A stretch of 63,934 bases of DNA, the filler included, from Barthelona sp. PAP020 (taxonomy: Eukaryota): assembly GCA_040182905.1 (NCBI GenBank). It is 5 parts of 5 records of this genome, joined end to end, with 100 filler letters (N's around TTAATTAATTAA, not from the genome) between each part and the next. Parts side by side here need not be neighbours in the genome. Positions count along the whole stretch, not along the records: positions 39,995 to 53,048 come from JARQWU010000334.1; positions 53,149 to 63,934 come from JARQWU010000394.1; 3 more parts are not named here. The stretch is one strand, 5' to 3'. This document shows positions 42,834 to 54,281 of the stretch, piece by piece (within the stretch, counting starts at the first letter, position 1; each line of letters starts with the position of its first letter). A program made the translations under genes and the position numbers. The notes below the pieces were generated by a model. It searched no databases. It had not been told where the DNA came from and worked only from the letters and a program-made list of their open reading frames with translations.

Positions 42834-45800
42834 CTAATTTTCATCTTCAACTTCTGCATCATCATCTTTTGTGGTTTCTCCTTCAAGTATTTCATTGAAA
42901 TACTCTTGTGTAGCTTCATCAAAATCATCAAATGCTGCTTCAAACTCTTGATCAGTTAAAGCATTTGATATTTCATTAACCCAACCAACAATAGAGAAAC
43001 TTTCAAGGCTGCTTTGAATTTCAGGTTCATCCAACCAATCATCATCATAATAATCATTTAATTGATGGAAAATTTCAACTGAATTGAAAATGACATCATC
43101 TTTGTCATCAGCATTCCTAACATTGCTTGCCCATTCGTCTGTATAATCACTAGCGAATTGAGTAGCAGTTTTTTTGTGTTTATTTCCATCTCTATAATCA
43201 CGCATTCTTCTGTCAATATCTAAACTTTGAATAAACAGCTCAAACAACTGTTGATTGCTTAAATTTATTATTTGTCCAACATTCGTGCATATAATTTTAT
43301 GCAATACACCTAAATACATCCGAGAAAACAATTGACTGGGCTTATATGTTAAAGGATTTTCCAAAACGTGTGAAAATACACTTAAGAATTTTTCTAAATA
43401 ACCCTTTTCGTTTGCTAGAGTGAAGAAAAGAAGTGGATTGTAATAAACTAAACACATCAAACCGTGAAGGAAAAACAAAACATTTCCAGGTGATAAACCA
43501 TCTGATTCATCTGCATAAGCACATCGTACATCACCATTTAGCCTCATCATCAAACCAATCATGATTTCTTCCACATATTCATCCAAATTCTTTCCATAAC
43601 AAACAAAAATTGTTTCTATTAGGGTGCATGCAGTATTTAATATGTTACTGCCTTGTTCTTCATTATTTTGTAAGAGATAAACTAAAAATTCATTCCATTC
43701 ATCCAGCTTTATCAAAGAAGGGTTTTGTTCAATCTCATCACATCCACGAGTGAATAAAGAATCGTAGAAATCCATCAAATCTTCTAAATAAACAGGAGAT
43801 TTAACAATTAAGTCAAAAAGATCATCTGCAAGCTCCCAAATAGCATTAGAATATGGCAATGCACTATTTTCACTTAATACATATAACAAAGCTACACCTG
43901 ATTGAATAAAATCATCCATTCCATCCATAAGAGTTACTTTGACCATGGGTAAAACATAATCAAACATAGAAGGGTTTTCTTCATCATTATCTTCAGTATT
44001 ATCATTCCATAAATCACTCTCTTTAGGAATTTGAGCTAATAAAGCAATGGAAGTAGTAAATAGACTAGTAAGAGCTGCTGCTGCACCAATACGATCATTT
44101 TCGTCAACATTGGCGGAATTATAAATTTCATAAGCCTTTTCAAAAGCATAATAAGTAGCTGAAATCAAAGATATTGCAGAAGGAACCACTTTTTCTGGAA
44201 ACATTGGAATCAACTTATTGTTTAAAGCACCAGCTTGTTGAATATGATATTCATTCAATAGATTAAATGAATTTTCAAATATTTCATCAAAATATGGTTC
44301 AAGCAATTCTTTGAAATTTGCTATGTCACACACAAGATATAACACAATAATCGCTGCACATTTCAATGCATCAGTATGATTGAATAATATTTCAAGAACA
44401 ATATTACACAATTCTTCTGCAACAGTTTCATAAGATTCATCAGATAACCAATATTCAAGTTTATTATTTAACAATGATTCAACCAAAAACAATGACCGGA
44501 AAATAATAAAATCAAGTTCACAATGGAATAATGGAATGATGTAATTGATGACAAAATCAGGAACAGAAATATCATCGAAAAAACTCTTAAAAGTATTTTT
44601 ATCATATTTAAAAACACCGGTCAAAATTGCCAATGCACCAAAACATGCTCTAGCACTCTCTTCCGTGGGATCTTCATGAAAAGCCTCAATAGCAGGAATT
44701 GCAAAATCTGTTAATATCCAAAACGATTTATTGGCACGAGATTGAACTGATACCATAATCAAATTTAAAGCAGCAGTGGCAGGTTCAAAAGTTGTAGAAT
44801 AAGGATCAGTGATTTTTTCAAAAAACAATATGGAATTGTCTTCCCATTGTTCTTGAATAAGTTCATCAAAACAGACCAAAGGAATAATATATTCGCTCAT
44901 GAACTCATTCCAAGTGTCTGCGAGATAACCGCTCCAAATACTACCTAAAGTGATCATGTGGGAAAAAAGAACAATTGAAGGATAAAGACAATTATCCGGT
45001 AATCTCACATTATCTCTGGAAAAAACAATCACAAACCTAGCAGAGGTTAAGAAATATTCTGGAACAATGTGCTCAATGAAATCTTTTCGATTTGCCAATA
45101 ATTCATCACCCATTCGACTTCCTTGAATAAATCTGTAGGCAAAAAACTTAAATAATTTCAAACACAAAGCTTGTAATTTGCATAGAGTATGATTCCCAAT
45201 TTCTTGAACAACCATCCCATCCCATTCAAAAGGCAAACAAATTAAAGTGCTCATAATCTTAAACCACTCATTCATAATTTCAATATCACTACCAATGGTC
45301 AAATTTATCGTACTATGATTGGCTTTTTCAAACCATTTAAAAATAGAAAAAATTATTTCAAATTCTTCCTCAGAATAATCAGAACCATCTTCTTCTTTTT
45401 TCGAACAAACTATATTTACCAACATTTCTCTTAAAAAAGGTTCAATTTTGGGAACAACTTTTGATTGATCTTCATCTCTTCCGTCTCTTCCTTTGTACCC
45501 AATTCCTTTTAAAAGAGCAACATTTCCAATCACAATATTTCTGAAGCCAAGGGCATTCCCTTCTTCAACCGCCTTTTGTAAGTAATTTTTAAACTCATCA
45601 ACAATATCTTCCCATAATTTTTCGGGAAATTCAAAAGAAGTGTGAAAAAAAATTTCAGATAATTGATCAGCAACAATGCTACTGGTGTTATAAATGGCTA
45701 ACAATAAATTATCATGAAAGTATGCTCTTTCTACATCAGATATCAAATCAGCATTACTTCCAGACCAATATCTTCTCACATGGTCTTCTAAAAACGCAGA

Positions 45801-46033
45801 AAATGCCAATAAAGTGTGTGAAGAGAACATTGGTTTGGGATTTATAATTAAATCCAAAATTATTGCACAAAAACTTTCATCTCTAGCCCACTAAACATAT
45901 TAGTTATTAAAGCACAAAATAAAAAATTAACATTTTGTATAGTTTCAGTTGCTTCCTTAACTTCTTCAGTTGTTCGTCCTGAAAAAGTTTTGTTAAAAGT
46001 TTCAACTATTATATTTAATTCATCAGAATCCAT
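42834..46033 (-). CDS. Importin-beta family karyopherin (importin-7/8-like), two exons (46033-45932, 45890-42834)
   Basis: MDSDELN...TIQN|WARDESFCAIILDLIINP; HEAT-rich, acidic C-terminus. Confidence 0.8.
45891..45931 (-). other. 41-nt spliceosomal intron
   Basis: GTTAAT...ACTAATATGTTTAG; joins the 45860..46072 and 42834..45857 ORFs in frame. Confidence 0.85.
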
Positions 46034-46245
46034 TTCGTAGACAATAAAGAAAGAAAAATCGTTATTTATCAAAATAATTTTCTTTAATTTATAATGATGT
46101 TACTCAAAATGCTTTTTGTTGAATAAATTAAAATGATTACTGTAAAGAGTACACATCAAGTTTGGAAAAACAAGAGAAAACGAATCAAAAATCTTTTTGA
46201 TTCCAATTGAATACTATGTCATTCTGCAGTTTATCTTATTCTAAT

Positions 46246-48066
46246 ATGAGTTATTCAAAAACTTATGTAATTGGACACAGAAATCCTGATTCTGATTCCA
46301 TTTGTGCTGCAATAAGTTATGCATATTTACTTAACAAATTGGAACCTGAAAGGAATGTCATTGCTGCACGAGCTGGACCATTAAATCCACAAACTCAATT
46401 CATTTTAAGAACCTTTGGTGTTGAAGAACCCCTTTTACTGAATGATGTTTATCCAAGACTTCGTGATATTGTCAGAGAAAAACCCATATCCATTGATGCT
46501 GGAATACCTGTTGGTGAAGCGCTTGAATTGATGTATTATCATAATATCAAAACAATTCCAGTAACCAGACCAGAACCAAGCATTGGCAAAGATATATGTT
46601 GTGGTGTGTTGTTCTTACGTGATATATTACGTGTTTTTATGGTTCCAAGACAGGAATCTAGGTTGCGACAAGTTTTGACCACAGCTGAATCAGTTTGTAA
46701 AGTTGTTGATGGTAAAATGCTTGTAAAAAGTGATTATTCCTCTAAGTTGGCAAATTATGAGCTATATACAGTTTCTACTACTTCTGAAGTGGCTGTAAAT
46801 CGTATGGAAGTGCTAACTCAAATTGAATGGAAAAAGGCAATGCTTTTAACAGGTGTAGTCGAAGTTATTGATGTTGGAATTGCTCGAGGTGCAGGAATAA
46901 TAGTGATTACTTGTGATACTGATGTACCTGTTGAAACTATTGAAAAAGCAGTGCAAAATAACATTTGCTTGGTTCAAACCAAACTTGGTGCAACTGCTTC
47001 TACTCATCTTTTACGTCAATCAACACCTGTTGGATCCCTTATTACATTTATTAAAGAAAGAGAACATGCTTATTCTGCTGGAAAACCAACTCCTATGGAA
47101 TGGGTTGATGAATGGAAAGCAGAAACTTGTCCAATTTCTTCAAGATTTTTGGTTGAAGATGACGAAAGAGTCGATCATCTGAAAGATAATGTTTTAAAGC
47201 AAGGGAAAGATTTTAGTGGTTTGGTTGTTGTTGATATGATTGATGAACTTGGTACTGGACCTGTTCTTGGCGTAGTAACACGATCAGATCTTATTGGACC
47301 TGTGTCTCCAATTAATCTGATTCTTGTTGATCACAATGAGCTTAGTCAAAGTGTTTATGGAGCTGAAGAAACAAATATAATTGAAGTTGTTGATCATCAT
47401 CGTATTAATGCCCCACCAACTTCAAAACCAATTCCATTCACTATTAAACCTGTTGGATCAACATGTACTGTTATTGCTGGACTATTTAGACAAAATGGAA
47501 TTATTCCCAGTCCTGCGATATCTGGTGTTTTGCTTTGTGGATTATTATCTGATACTGTCATATTCAGATCCCCTACTTGTACTAATCAAGACAAACAAAC
47601 AGCTGATTGGTTGGCAGAAATTGCTGGATTATCAGCGATTGAACTTGGACAAAATATGTTTGAGGCAGGTTCTAAACTTTCAAGATTTGCAAATATTAAA
47701 GAAATGATCCTGGGTGATTTTAAAGAGTACTCATCTGAAGGAAGCAAAGGACCTGTTCAATATGCTGTTGGACAAATGGAAGTTGTTAATTTTGGTGAAA
47801 TTCGAAATAAATTGAGGAATATCATTAAGACAATGAATGAAGTGAGAGAAGAGAAAAAATTGACTTTTATTTCATTCCTTATCACTGATATAGTTATTGG
47901 AAGTTCTTTATTCTTAACTACAGGGATTAGAAATATTGAGTCAGTTTTATCATACAGTAATTTTGATGGACTTGATGACATTTTATTAATGAGGGGAGTT
48001 TTATCCAGAAAAAAACAAGTTATTCCCATCCTTGAAGAGGCAATGAAATCCTTCATTTTTTCTTAA
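46246..48066 (+). CDS. ppaC: Family II (DHH) Mn-dependent inorganic pyrophosphatase with CBS/DRTGG-type insert
   Basis: GHRNPDSDS, LVDHNE, VVDHH, PVGSTCT, LSDT..FRSPT, DFKEY, SRKKQVIP; ~290 aa insert. Confidence 0.93.
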   Translation: MSYSKTYVIGHRNPDSDSICAAISYAYLLNKLEPERNVIAARAGPLNPQTQFILRTFGVEEPLLLNDVYPRLRDIVREKPISIDAGIPVGEALELMYYHNIKTIPVTRPEPSIGKDICCGVLFLRDILRVFMVPRQESRLRQVLTTAESVCKVVDGKMLVKSDYSSKLANYELYTVSTTSEVAVNRMEVLTQIEWKKAMLLTGVVEVIDVGIARGAGIIVITCDTDVPVETIEKAVQNNICLVQTKLGATASTHLLRQSTPVGSLITFIKEREHAYSAGKPTPMEWVDEWKAETCPISSRFLVEDDERVDHLKDNVLKQGKDFSGLVVVDMIDELGTGPVLGVVTRSDLIGPVSPINLILVDHNELSQSVYGAEETNIIEVVDHHRINAPPTSKPIPFTIKPVGSTCTVIAGLFRQNGIIPSPAISGVLLCGLLSDTVIFRSPTCTNQDKQTADWLAEIAGLSAIELGQNMFEAGSKLSRFANIKEMILGDFKEYSSEGSKGPVQYAVGQMEVVNFGEIRNKLRNIIKTMNEVREEKKLTFISFLITDIVIGSSLFLTTGIRNIESVLSYSNFDGLDDILLMRGVLSRKKQVIPILEEAMKSFIFS

Positions 48067-48289
48067 AAATATGACATTTTTTTTTTCTTTTGATGATAAT
48101 TGAAACAGAAGCAGAAAGAAAATTCAGATGTTCGGCATTTGAATCACCAACAAATGGTTTTATCATCTCAAGAAAAAATTATTAGATTTACAGGTTGCAT
48201 TCTTGAATGAATGAAAAAAGATTCAAAATTCACAATTGCTTGTGTGAAATTTTAAATAGAAAACAATAAAAATAGCAAGTCTTTTATTT

Positions 48290-49759
48290 TTACACTCTTG
48301 GATATTTTGGATGTCCACGAGGGTAAGGGCTCTTCAACAACCTTTCTTTCTCATGATCTGCAGCTTCTCGAGCATCCTTCAAAGCATATTTAGATTTTCC
48401 AGAAAAAACGCTCCTTGACAAAGGAGGTTTTCCTTTTGAAGAAACACTTGGAACAGAAAGTTCAAAGAAGCCTTGTTTCTTGTCATCGACAATAATTGGA
48501 GTCAAAGGCGCCAATGATCTTGGACTGTCAATTGAATGAGGTGATGGCGTCCTACTTTGAATATATGGTGAAATTCCCGGAACTTTTAACAATTTTGAAG
48601 GAGTAGGTAATGGTGGTTTTGTTACATACAAAGGTTTCTTAATAACTTTAGGAGTGAACAATTTAGGCGTCCCAATTCGTGAAACCTCTTCTAACTCTTC
48701 AAATTGTTCCGACCCTAAATCTTCCATCAAGAATGCATCATCAGCAATTCTTTTTTGCAATTCACAAACAAAACTTGAAGGCTTTTCTCTGTCTGATTCT
48801 TGGCTTAAAATCATTTTTTCGGTTAAATAACCAAGACCTGACAAATAGACATCTGAATTATAATCCTTTTCAATGTCAGAAAACTCACTAACTGCACCAT
48901 TTGATTCATATAAATAGCTTCTAAGAAATTTCGGTGACACAGGAGATTTTAACTCCAACGATGGTTGACGATATTGCTCAATAGTTGTTGTATCAGCTGA
49001 ACCAAACAAAGATACATCAGCAGCTTGAGTTAATCTCCTATTTTTTCTTGCATCAATAGCTACTGGAGAATAAAATATCAAAAGAAAGAAAAGATGAGGC
49101 ACAATGATAAACCAAAACCATTGGTATGAATTTATACCACTGGCAAATATCCAAGTAAATATAACAATTGAGGAAAGTGCAAGGAAACAAATAATATTTG
49201 AAAAAAGATATTTTTTGAATTTGGATAAGTTGCTGGTCCAAATCCAAAAGAACACAAATAAGCATGTTGATACAATTCCCGCATACATAATCCAGGGATA
49301 TGAGCTATCAGAAAAGGCAAACCACAAAGCAAAACACAAATTAAAAACAATAAATAATACAAAAGCCAAAATAGTTAGCAATAAATTTCTCTTCACTGGA
49401 CGTTCTTGTAATGCTGTAATGGGAGAAGCAACTTCCGATATGTATTCTTCAGAAGTACTTTCCATAACAGAAATATTTTGTTTATCACTCTCACTAGAAC
49501 TTAAAAAGTATATTTTTGCATGTTGAATTGATTTGTTTTCCCCAAAGGTGAAGAAACCACTTTTTTCATCACTGGAAAGATTTTCTAACGATGAATTTGT
49601 CTCATATTCCCCATCACTCAAATATTCAAGCTCTGCCAAGAAGGATTCCTCTTCATTTGTTGTCGATGTTCCATTTATTTCAATATTTGGTTCAAGAGCT
49701 GGTTCACATTCTGAATAAAAATTTACCTCGGCAGAACATACTCCAGGATCATAAAACAT
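48290..49759 (-). CDS. Membrane protein (4 TM) with Ser/Pro-rich cytoplasmic tail
   Basis: 489 aa; four hydrophobic segments. Confidence 0.75.
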   Translation of the reverse strand: MFYDPGVCSAEVNFYSECEPALEPNIEINGTSTTNEEESFLAELEYLSDGEYETNSSLENLSSDEKSGFFTFGENKSIQHAKIYFLSSSESDKQNISVMESTSEEYISEVASPITALQERPVKRNLLLTILAFVLFIVFNLCFALWFAFSDSSYPWIMYAGIVSTCLFVFFWIWTSNLSKFKKYLFSNIICFLALSSIVIFTWIFASGINSYQWFWFIIVPHLFFLLIFYSPVAIDARKNRRLTQAADVSLFGSADTTTIEQYRQPSLELKSPVSPKFLRSYLYESNGAVSEFSDIEKDYNSDVYLSGLGYLTEKMILSQESDREKPSSFVCELQKRIADDAFLMEDLGSEQFEELEEVSRIGTPKLFTPKVIKKPLYVTKPPLPTPSKLLKVPGISPYIQSRTPSPHSIDSPRSLAPLTPIIVDDKKQGFFELSVPSVSSKGKPPLSRSVFSGKSKYALKDAREAADHEKERLLKSPYPRGHPKYPRV

Positions 49760-50182
49760 CTACATCGTACAACAAAAAAATAAATTTCACAATTGCTAAA
49801 CCTCCCCAAAAAAACTTGAATGAAAACATTGTCAGTATGAAAAATCAAAAAAACAATTATTCAATCAACAAATTCTTGCCAAATTCACTTCAAATTATTT
49901 TTTCATTGGTGACATAATGAACAATCGAAAAGAATCAATTAAAACTCTAAAATCAAATAAAGTCTCATTAAAAAAACACAACAATCTTAAAGCACACGCT
50001 ATTATAAAATAATCAAAGAAAACTAAACTTTAGAACTGGGTAAAAGAAAAAGAATTACTTACATAACCTTTTTTTCGCTGATCAATATTGTAAATTTCAA
50101 AAACAACATTCAATAAACATAATTCATGAATTGTGGAGTAAAGAAAGAAAAAACTGTCTTTTTTATTTTTAGTTTTTTATCA

Positions 50183-52681
50183 ATGCAATGGAAAAAACAT
50201 ATAATTATATTAGGATTAATCCTGTCGATTGCTTTAGGATTTGATTTTAAAGATTTGGATGAGACTTTTAATTTTAATAATTATGTTATCATTCATCCAG
50301 GAAATAATTACACCTTAAATTCATCTCAATTGGCGTATTATTCACCCAATAAAGGATTTAATTATAATGAAGTTGGGGAAACATTCATAATTTTTCACAG
50401 AAAAGGATATAATGTTAAGAACATTGTTTCTTTGTTTGTAACCAAATTATCTTCAATTCATTCTATTGAACGAACTAAATTTCCTGATATCATTGTTTAT
50501 ATTTATGATAATGAAGTTAATTACAATAATAACGTCAAAAGGGCACAATATTCTTATACTTATTCATATTTGCTGTACTATAAGAGAGTATTACTTTCCA
50601 ATGTAGCAAAAGATGGGATTGTTGTTGTAAAGATTGCATCAACAATTGATTTTAATGAAGCTTTCTGCAATGGAGAGTTTATATTTGGTATATCTAAGGA
50701 TCCTTTAGGTTCGATAACAGATGGAAATGAGTTATTTGATGTTTCTAAACCGGGTGAGTTTGCCTATTATGCTTCCACGAGCAACTATTATTATTACTCG
50801 AAAATTAAAGGAATTGATACAAATACAGCTCTTTGTAAATTATCATATGCTTTACCAGATGATGCCCCAATAGTTTATTTTTTGTTTGACTCGACTTATC
50901 CGTCAACTAGTTCAGGAACAACTTATACCCAACAGATAACCAAAAAATCTGGCACACTTGTTGGGTTTTCTTATCGTAATTTGTACATTTATTCCACAGA
51001 TGCAAACTTTGTCATCAGAATGAAATTGAATTGCGAAACTATAAGCAATTTTGGTATTAGCAGCTATTTGTCATTTGCCAGTCCAATTACCATTACTTCA
51101 ACAGGATTGAACCGCTACATCTATAGATTTGCCTCATCAACACCGGTTACTGCTTTATTTATGGGCAGTAATGATAATACTGAAGAGTTGTCAAGATTTA
51201 GGTTTTTGCTATTAAATTATAATGAAGGTTATGAAGCTCTTGTTATGAACTTGAACATGAAATATTTAAATACCACATATCCTGGTATATTAACGTCTGG
51301 AGGAGACAATAGCATCTATTACACGACACCTTGGGAAGTGTTTCCTCATTTTTTATTTGCTTGTTCCACTTACACTGTATTCCCTTATCTTCATGTTGAA
51401 GTTGAAAAAGTTAATGCAACGAGTGTTTGGGAAAGTAAAGCAAGTTGTTTGAAAGATATATCTGAAGGTTCTGGAAACACATGTAAATTAACTGTCAACA
51501 ACACATGGGTACCTTCATGTGGTCAATGTTACAGTGGTGTATTATGTCAAAATATTCTTTGTGACACAATAACAAGCAAGGAAGGCATTATTGATTTCAA
51601 AAAAACAAACAAACATAGTTTTATGATAAATTATCCCAATATTAGCAATAGCGTTTTCAAATTGATTCGTACAATTGTACCTGAAATGGCAATTTATGAG
51701 TTAAGATATTATTCCAATACATACAAACAAGATTTTCGTATGGTGAATTATGGTGAGGCATATGAAGGATCTCAATTCATTTTTGCCTATGAATTACCAT
51801 CAGATATCACCAATTTAAGGTTGTCAATTTATGGTTCAAATTTACAAGGTCAATACCAGTATTCAATTACATCAACTGCTTCTGTTGGTTCAAAACCTTA
51901 CGGAATTTATAAAACTAATTACATTGCTTTGACAACATATTATAACCGATACTTCATTGGTTATTATGAAAATGCTGTTAATCCTTGGTACGCAAAGAAC
52001 GATTTATATGTTACCAGACGTCAAATGTATGCCAATTATAAAATGACATTTTATTCAACTTCTCATGGGTTTTTGGTTCAAATATATTGTAAATTTCCGC
52101 AACAAGTAAAAATTTACTTAAATGATGATGATGAGGAGGATTTGACATATATTCATGAACAAAAAGCAGGAGAAGTATTATACTTTGCAATTGAACCAGA
52201 TTCAGTTAAATATTCATATGTATTCGTTACCTCTGAATGTGAAGTGGTTTTAATCACATTAACTGAGACAAATTGGGATAAATATATTGAAAGCAAAGAT
52301 AATGATGGATTTGGTTTTAAAAATAGTCCAATGAATTTTTGCAGTTATGGCAGGCAAGGTGAAAATTGTGAAACCTCCTTAAAGGTAAATGTTGGTACTG
52401 ATAATCAAGTAATTCCTTTACAAAAGAGTTTTATTTTCAATATTTTTCCTGCTATCATTGTATTATGTGGAATACTTGCATTGTTATTTGGTTTCATTTC
52501 AGTTAACAAAAAAAATGAAGAAACTCAAGAATCTGGCAAGGAAAATCAAGTTGAAAGATCCAATGAAGAAGAAGAAACTATCAATATTGATCTCAATCCT
52601 TCCAAATCAAAAAGAAGCATTTCTTTGGATATACCAAAAGAAATGCAAAATGTGATGATCAGTCCTTATCCCATCAATTAA
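50183..52681 (+). CDS. Type I membrane/surface protein, Tyr-rich with EGF-like Cys motifs
   Basis: Signal peptide MQWKKHIIILGLILSIALG; CGQCYSGVLCQ, CSYGRQGENCE; C-terminal TM. Confidence 0.8.
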   Translation: MQWKKHIIILGLILSIALGFDFKDLDETFNFNNYVIIHPGNNYTLNSSQLAYYSPNKGFNYNEVGETFIIFHRKGYNVKNIVSLFVTKLSSIHSIERTKFPDIIVYIYDNEVNYNNNVKRAQYSYTYSYLLYYKRVLLSNVAKDGIVVVKIASTIDFNEAFCNGEFIFGISKDPLGSITDGNELFDVSKPGEFAYYASTSNYYYYSKIKGIDTNTALCKLSYALPDDAPIVYFLFDSTYPSTSSGTTYTQQITKKSGTLVGFSYRNLYIYSTDANFVIRMKLNCETISNFGISSYLSFASPITITSTGLNRYIYRFASSTPVTALFMGSNDNTEELSRFRFLLLNYNEGYEALVMNLNMKYLNTTYPGILTSGGDNSIYYTTPWEVFPHFLFACSTYTVFPYLHVEVEKVNATSVWESKASCLKDISEGSGNTCKLTVNNTWVPSCGQCYSGVLCQNILCDTITSKEGIIDFKKTNKHSFMINYPNISNSVFKLIRTIVPEMAIYELRYYSNTYKQDFRMVNYGEAYEGSQFIFAYELPSDITNLRLSIYGSNLQGQYQYSITSTASVGSKPYGIYKTNYIALTTYYNRYFIGYYENAVNPWYAKNDLYVTRRQMYANYKMTFYSTSHGFLVQIYCKFPQQVKIYLNDDDEEDLTYIHEQKAGEVLYFAIEPDSVKYSYVFVTSECEVVLITLTETNWDKYIESKDNDGFGFKNSPMNFCSYGRQGENCETSLKVNVGTDNQVIPLQKSFIFNIFPAIIVLCGILALLFGFISVNKKNEETQESGKENQVERSNEEEETINIDLNPSKSKRSISLDIPKEMQNVMISPYPIN

Positions 52682-52915
52682 TGGATTAAATTTTTTTTCC
52701 TAAATATAACTGATTCCTGTTTCTGTTTAAACAATTTTTGATTTTTTTTTGTAAATTTCTTTGTTTTTTATTCATAATAATTGTATATGTGAATAAATAC
52801 ACAAAAAATTCAAAGTAACTCTCAAAAATTCCAAAATAAACTGAAAACACAAACTGCAATAAACAAAATATATTTTTTTTATTCAATAAAACACAGTAAA
52901 ATCATTAAGTTGAAA

Positions 52916-53047
52916 TTATGCAATATAACCATGCATGGTACGGTTAATGACGTCTTCTTGTTGAGCACGAGTAAGACGATTAAATTTGACAGCATAACCA
53001 GAAACACGAATAGTTAAGTTGGGATACTTTTCAGGATGTTCCATACA
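52916..53047 (-). CDS. pflB: C-terminus of pyruvate formate-lyase (or autonomous glycyl-radical protein), truncated by contig end
   Basis: Manual translation [48 protein letters not shown] glycyl-radical loop. Confidence 0.9.
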   Translation of the reverse strand, partial: CMEHPEKYPNLTIRVSGYAVKFNRLTRAQQEDVINRTMHGYIA

Positions 53048-53048
53048 A

Positions 53049-53148
53049 NNNNNNNNNNNNNNNNNNNNNNNNNNNNNNNNNNNNNNNNNNNNTTAATTAA
53101 TTAANNNNNNNNNNNNNNNNNNNNNNNNNNNNNNNNNNNNNNNNNNNN
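53049..53148. other. Artificial contig-join spacer
   Basis: N / TTAATTAATTAA / N. Confidence 0.97.
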
Positions 53149-53746
53149 CATCTTTCACAGTTCCAAAATCGCTCAAAGCAGGAATAAACTTTCCACTTAC
53201 CTTCCTCAAAAGAACATTGTTGGGTTTCAGGTCGCCATGAACTAAGCCACATTCGTGACAATAATCCATTGTGGAAGCAACCTGCATGAGTATTGTGAGC
53301 TTTTCCATCAAAGAAAGGTTGGGTATTTCATGCTCCAGAACTGAATCACAAAATTCCATAACTATCCCAGTCTTGCCATTCATTTTGGTCACGCCATGAA
53401 TTTGACGAATGCAAGGATGATGCAATGCCATTGGCACACATTCTTTGAGGAAATCATGTTCTGCCGGCTTCTTGTGAAAAAACTTGATGATATGAACAAT
53501 TCCGTATTTTTCAGCAGTGCTTAAGTATCCAAATGCTCCTGTTGCAAAAAACTGGTTGAGTATTTTAAATGTAGATGGTAAAATTTCGGTGGGTTTCAAA
53601 GAATTCATAATCTCTGTGAATGATTCTAGATTGGGTATTCGATTCTTGCCCTTTGATCGCCAGTTTGCAACAAAAATAATGTCAACTTCCTTTTCCTTCA
53701 GTTCAATTATATTTCTAAGGAATGCAATGTCAGTATTAACAACCAT
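53149..53746 (-). CDS. Protein kinase, 3' truncated by contig end
   Basis: ATGAFG, HPCIRQIHG, VMEFC, HGDLKPNN, DFG. Confidence 0.88.
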
Positions 53747-53869
53747 TGTGTGTGAAAAAGAAATTAAACAAAGATAAAGTAAAATTTTGATCTTTTAAAA
53801 AAAGTTTATAATATTTTTCCGGAACAATCAGTCGTTGTTTTAATTTTGTCGTTTTCAGACGATTCAAAA

Positions 53870-54281
53870 GTTATATTGTTGTTGTCAAAGCAATTGTTTT
53901 CATTTGCAGTATCTGTCAAGAGGAAATTCAAATGTGGTAAAAGTGTGAATAATTCAATTAGAGTGTATTCAATTGTGTCAGGATTGATCCTTTCTGTCAG
54001 TTTCAATTCATTGAATTATCTAAGAACTGGGAATGTTTTATCAAATCTTATTGCCCTGAAAATGGACACTCAAATCATAAGACAACTGGTAGCTGCAGGT
54101 ATTTTCATGAATAAAGAGGAGTTTGATACGGTTACTGACACATTGGGATTTAGTTGATCTAAATGAAACAAATGGAGGTAATATGTGGGCATTCATGAAT
54201 GAACAAAGTGATGATAGTGATTTAAGTGATGTAAGTGACAATAACTGGTCTATTGGTTGGTGTTTTAAAATACAAGTTTAA
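53870..54281 (+). pseudogene. Truncated, frameshifted WD40-CWDL family pseudogene
   Basis: LFSFAVS..., IIRQLVAAGIFMN...DT[frameshift]WDLVDLNETNGGNMWAFMNEQSDDSD. Confidence 0.85.

Noticed and set aside
13345..53148. TTAATTAATTAA flanked by Ns recurring every ~13 kb
   Set aside because: Artificial six-frame-stop linker joining contigs of similar, decreasing length; not biological. ORFs that run into it are truncated.
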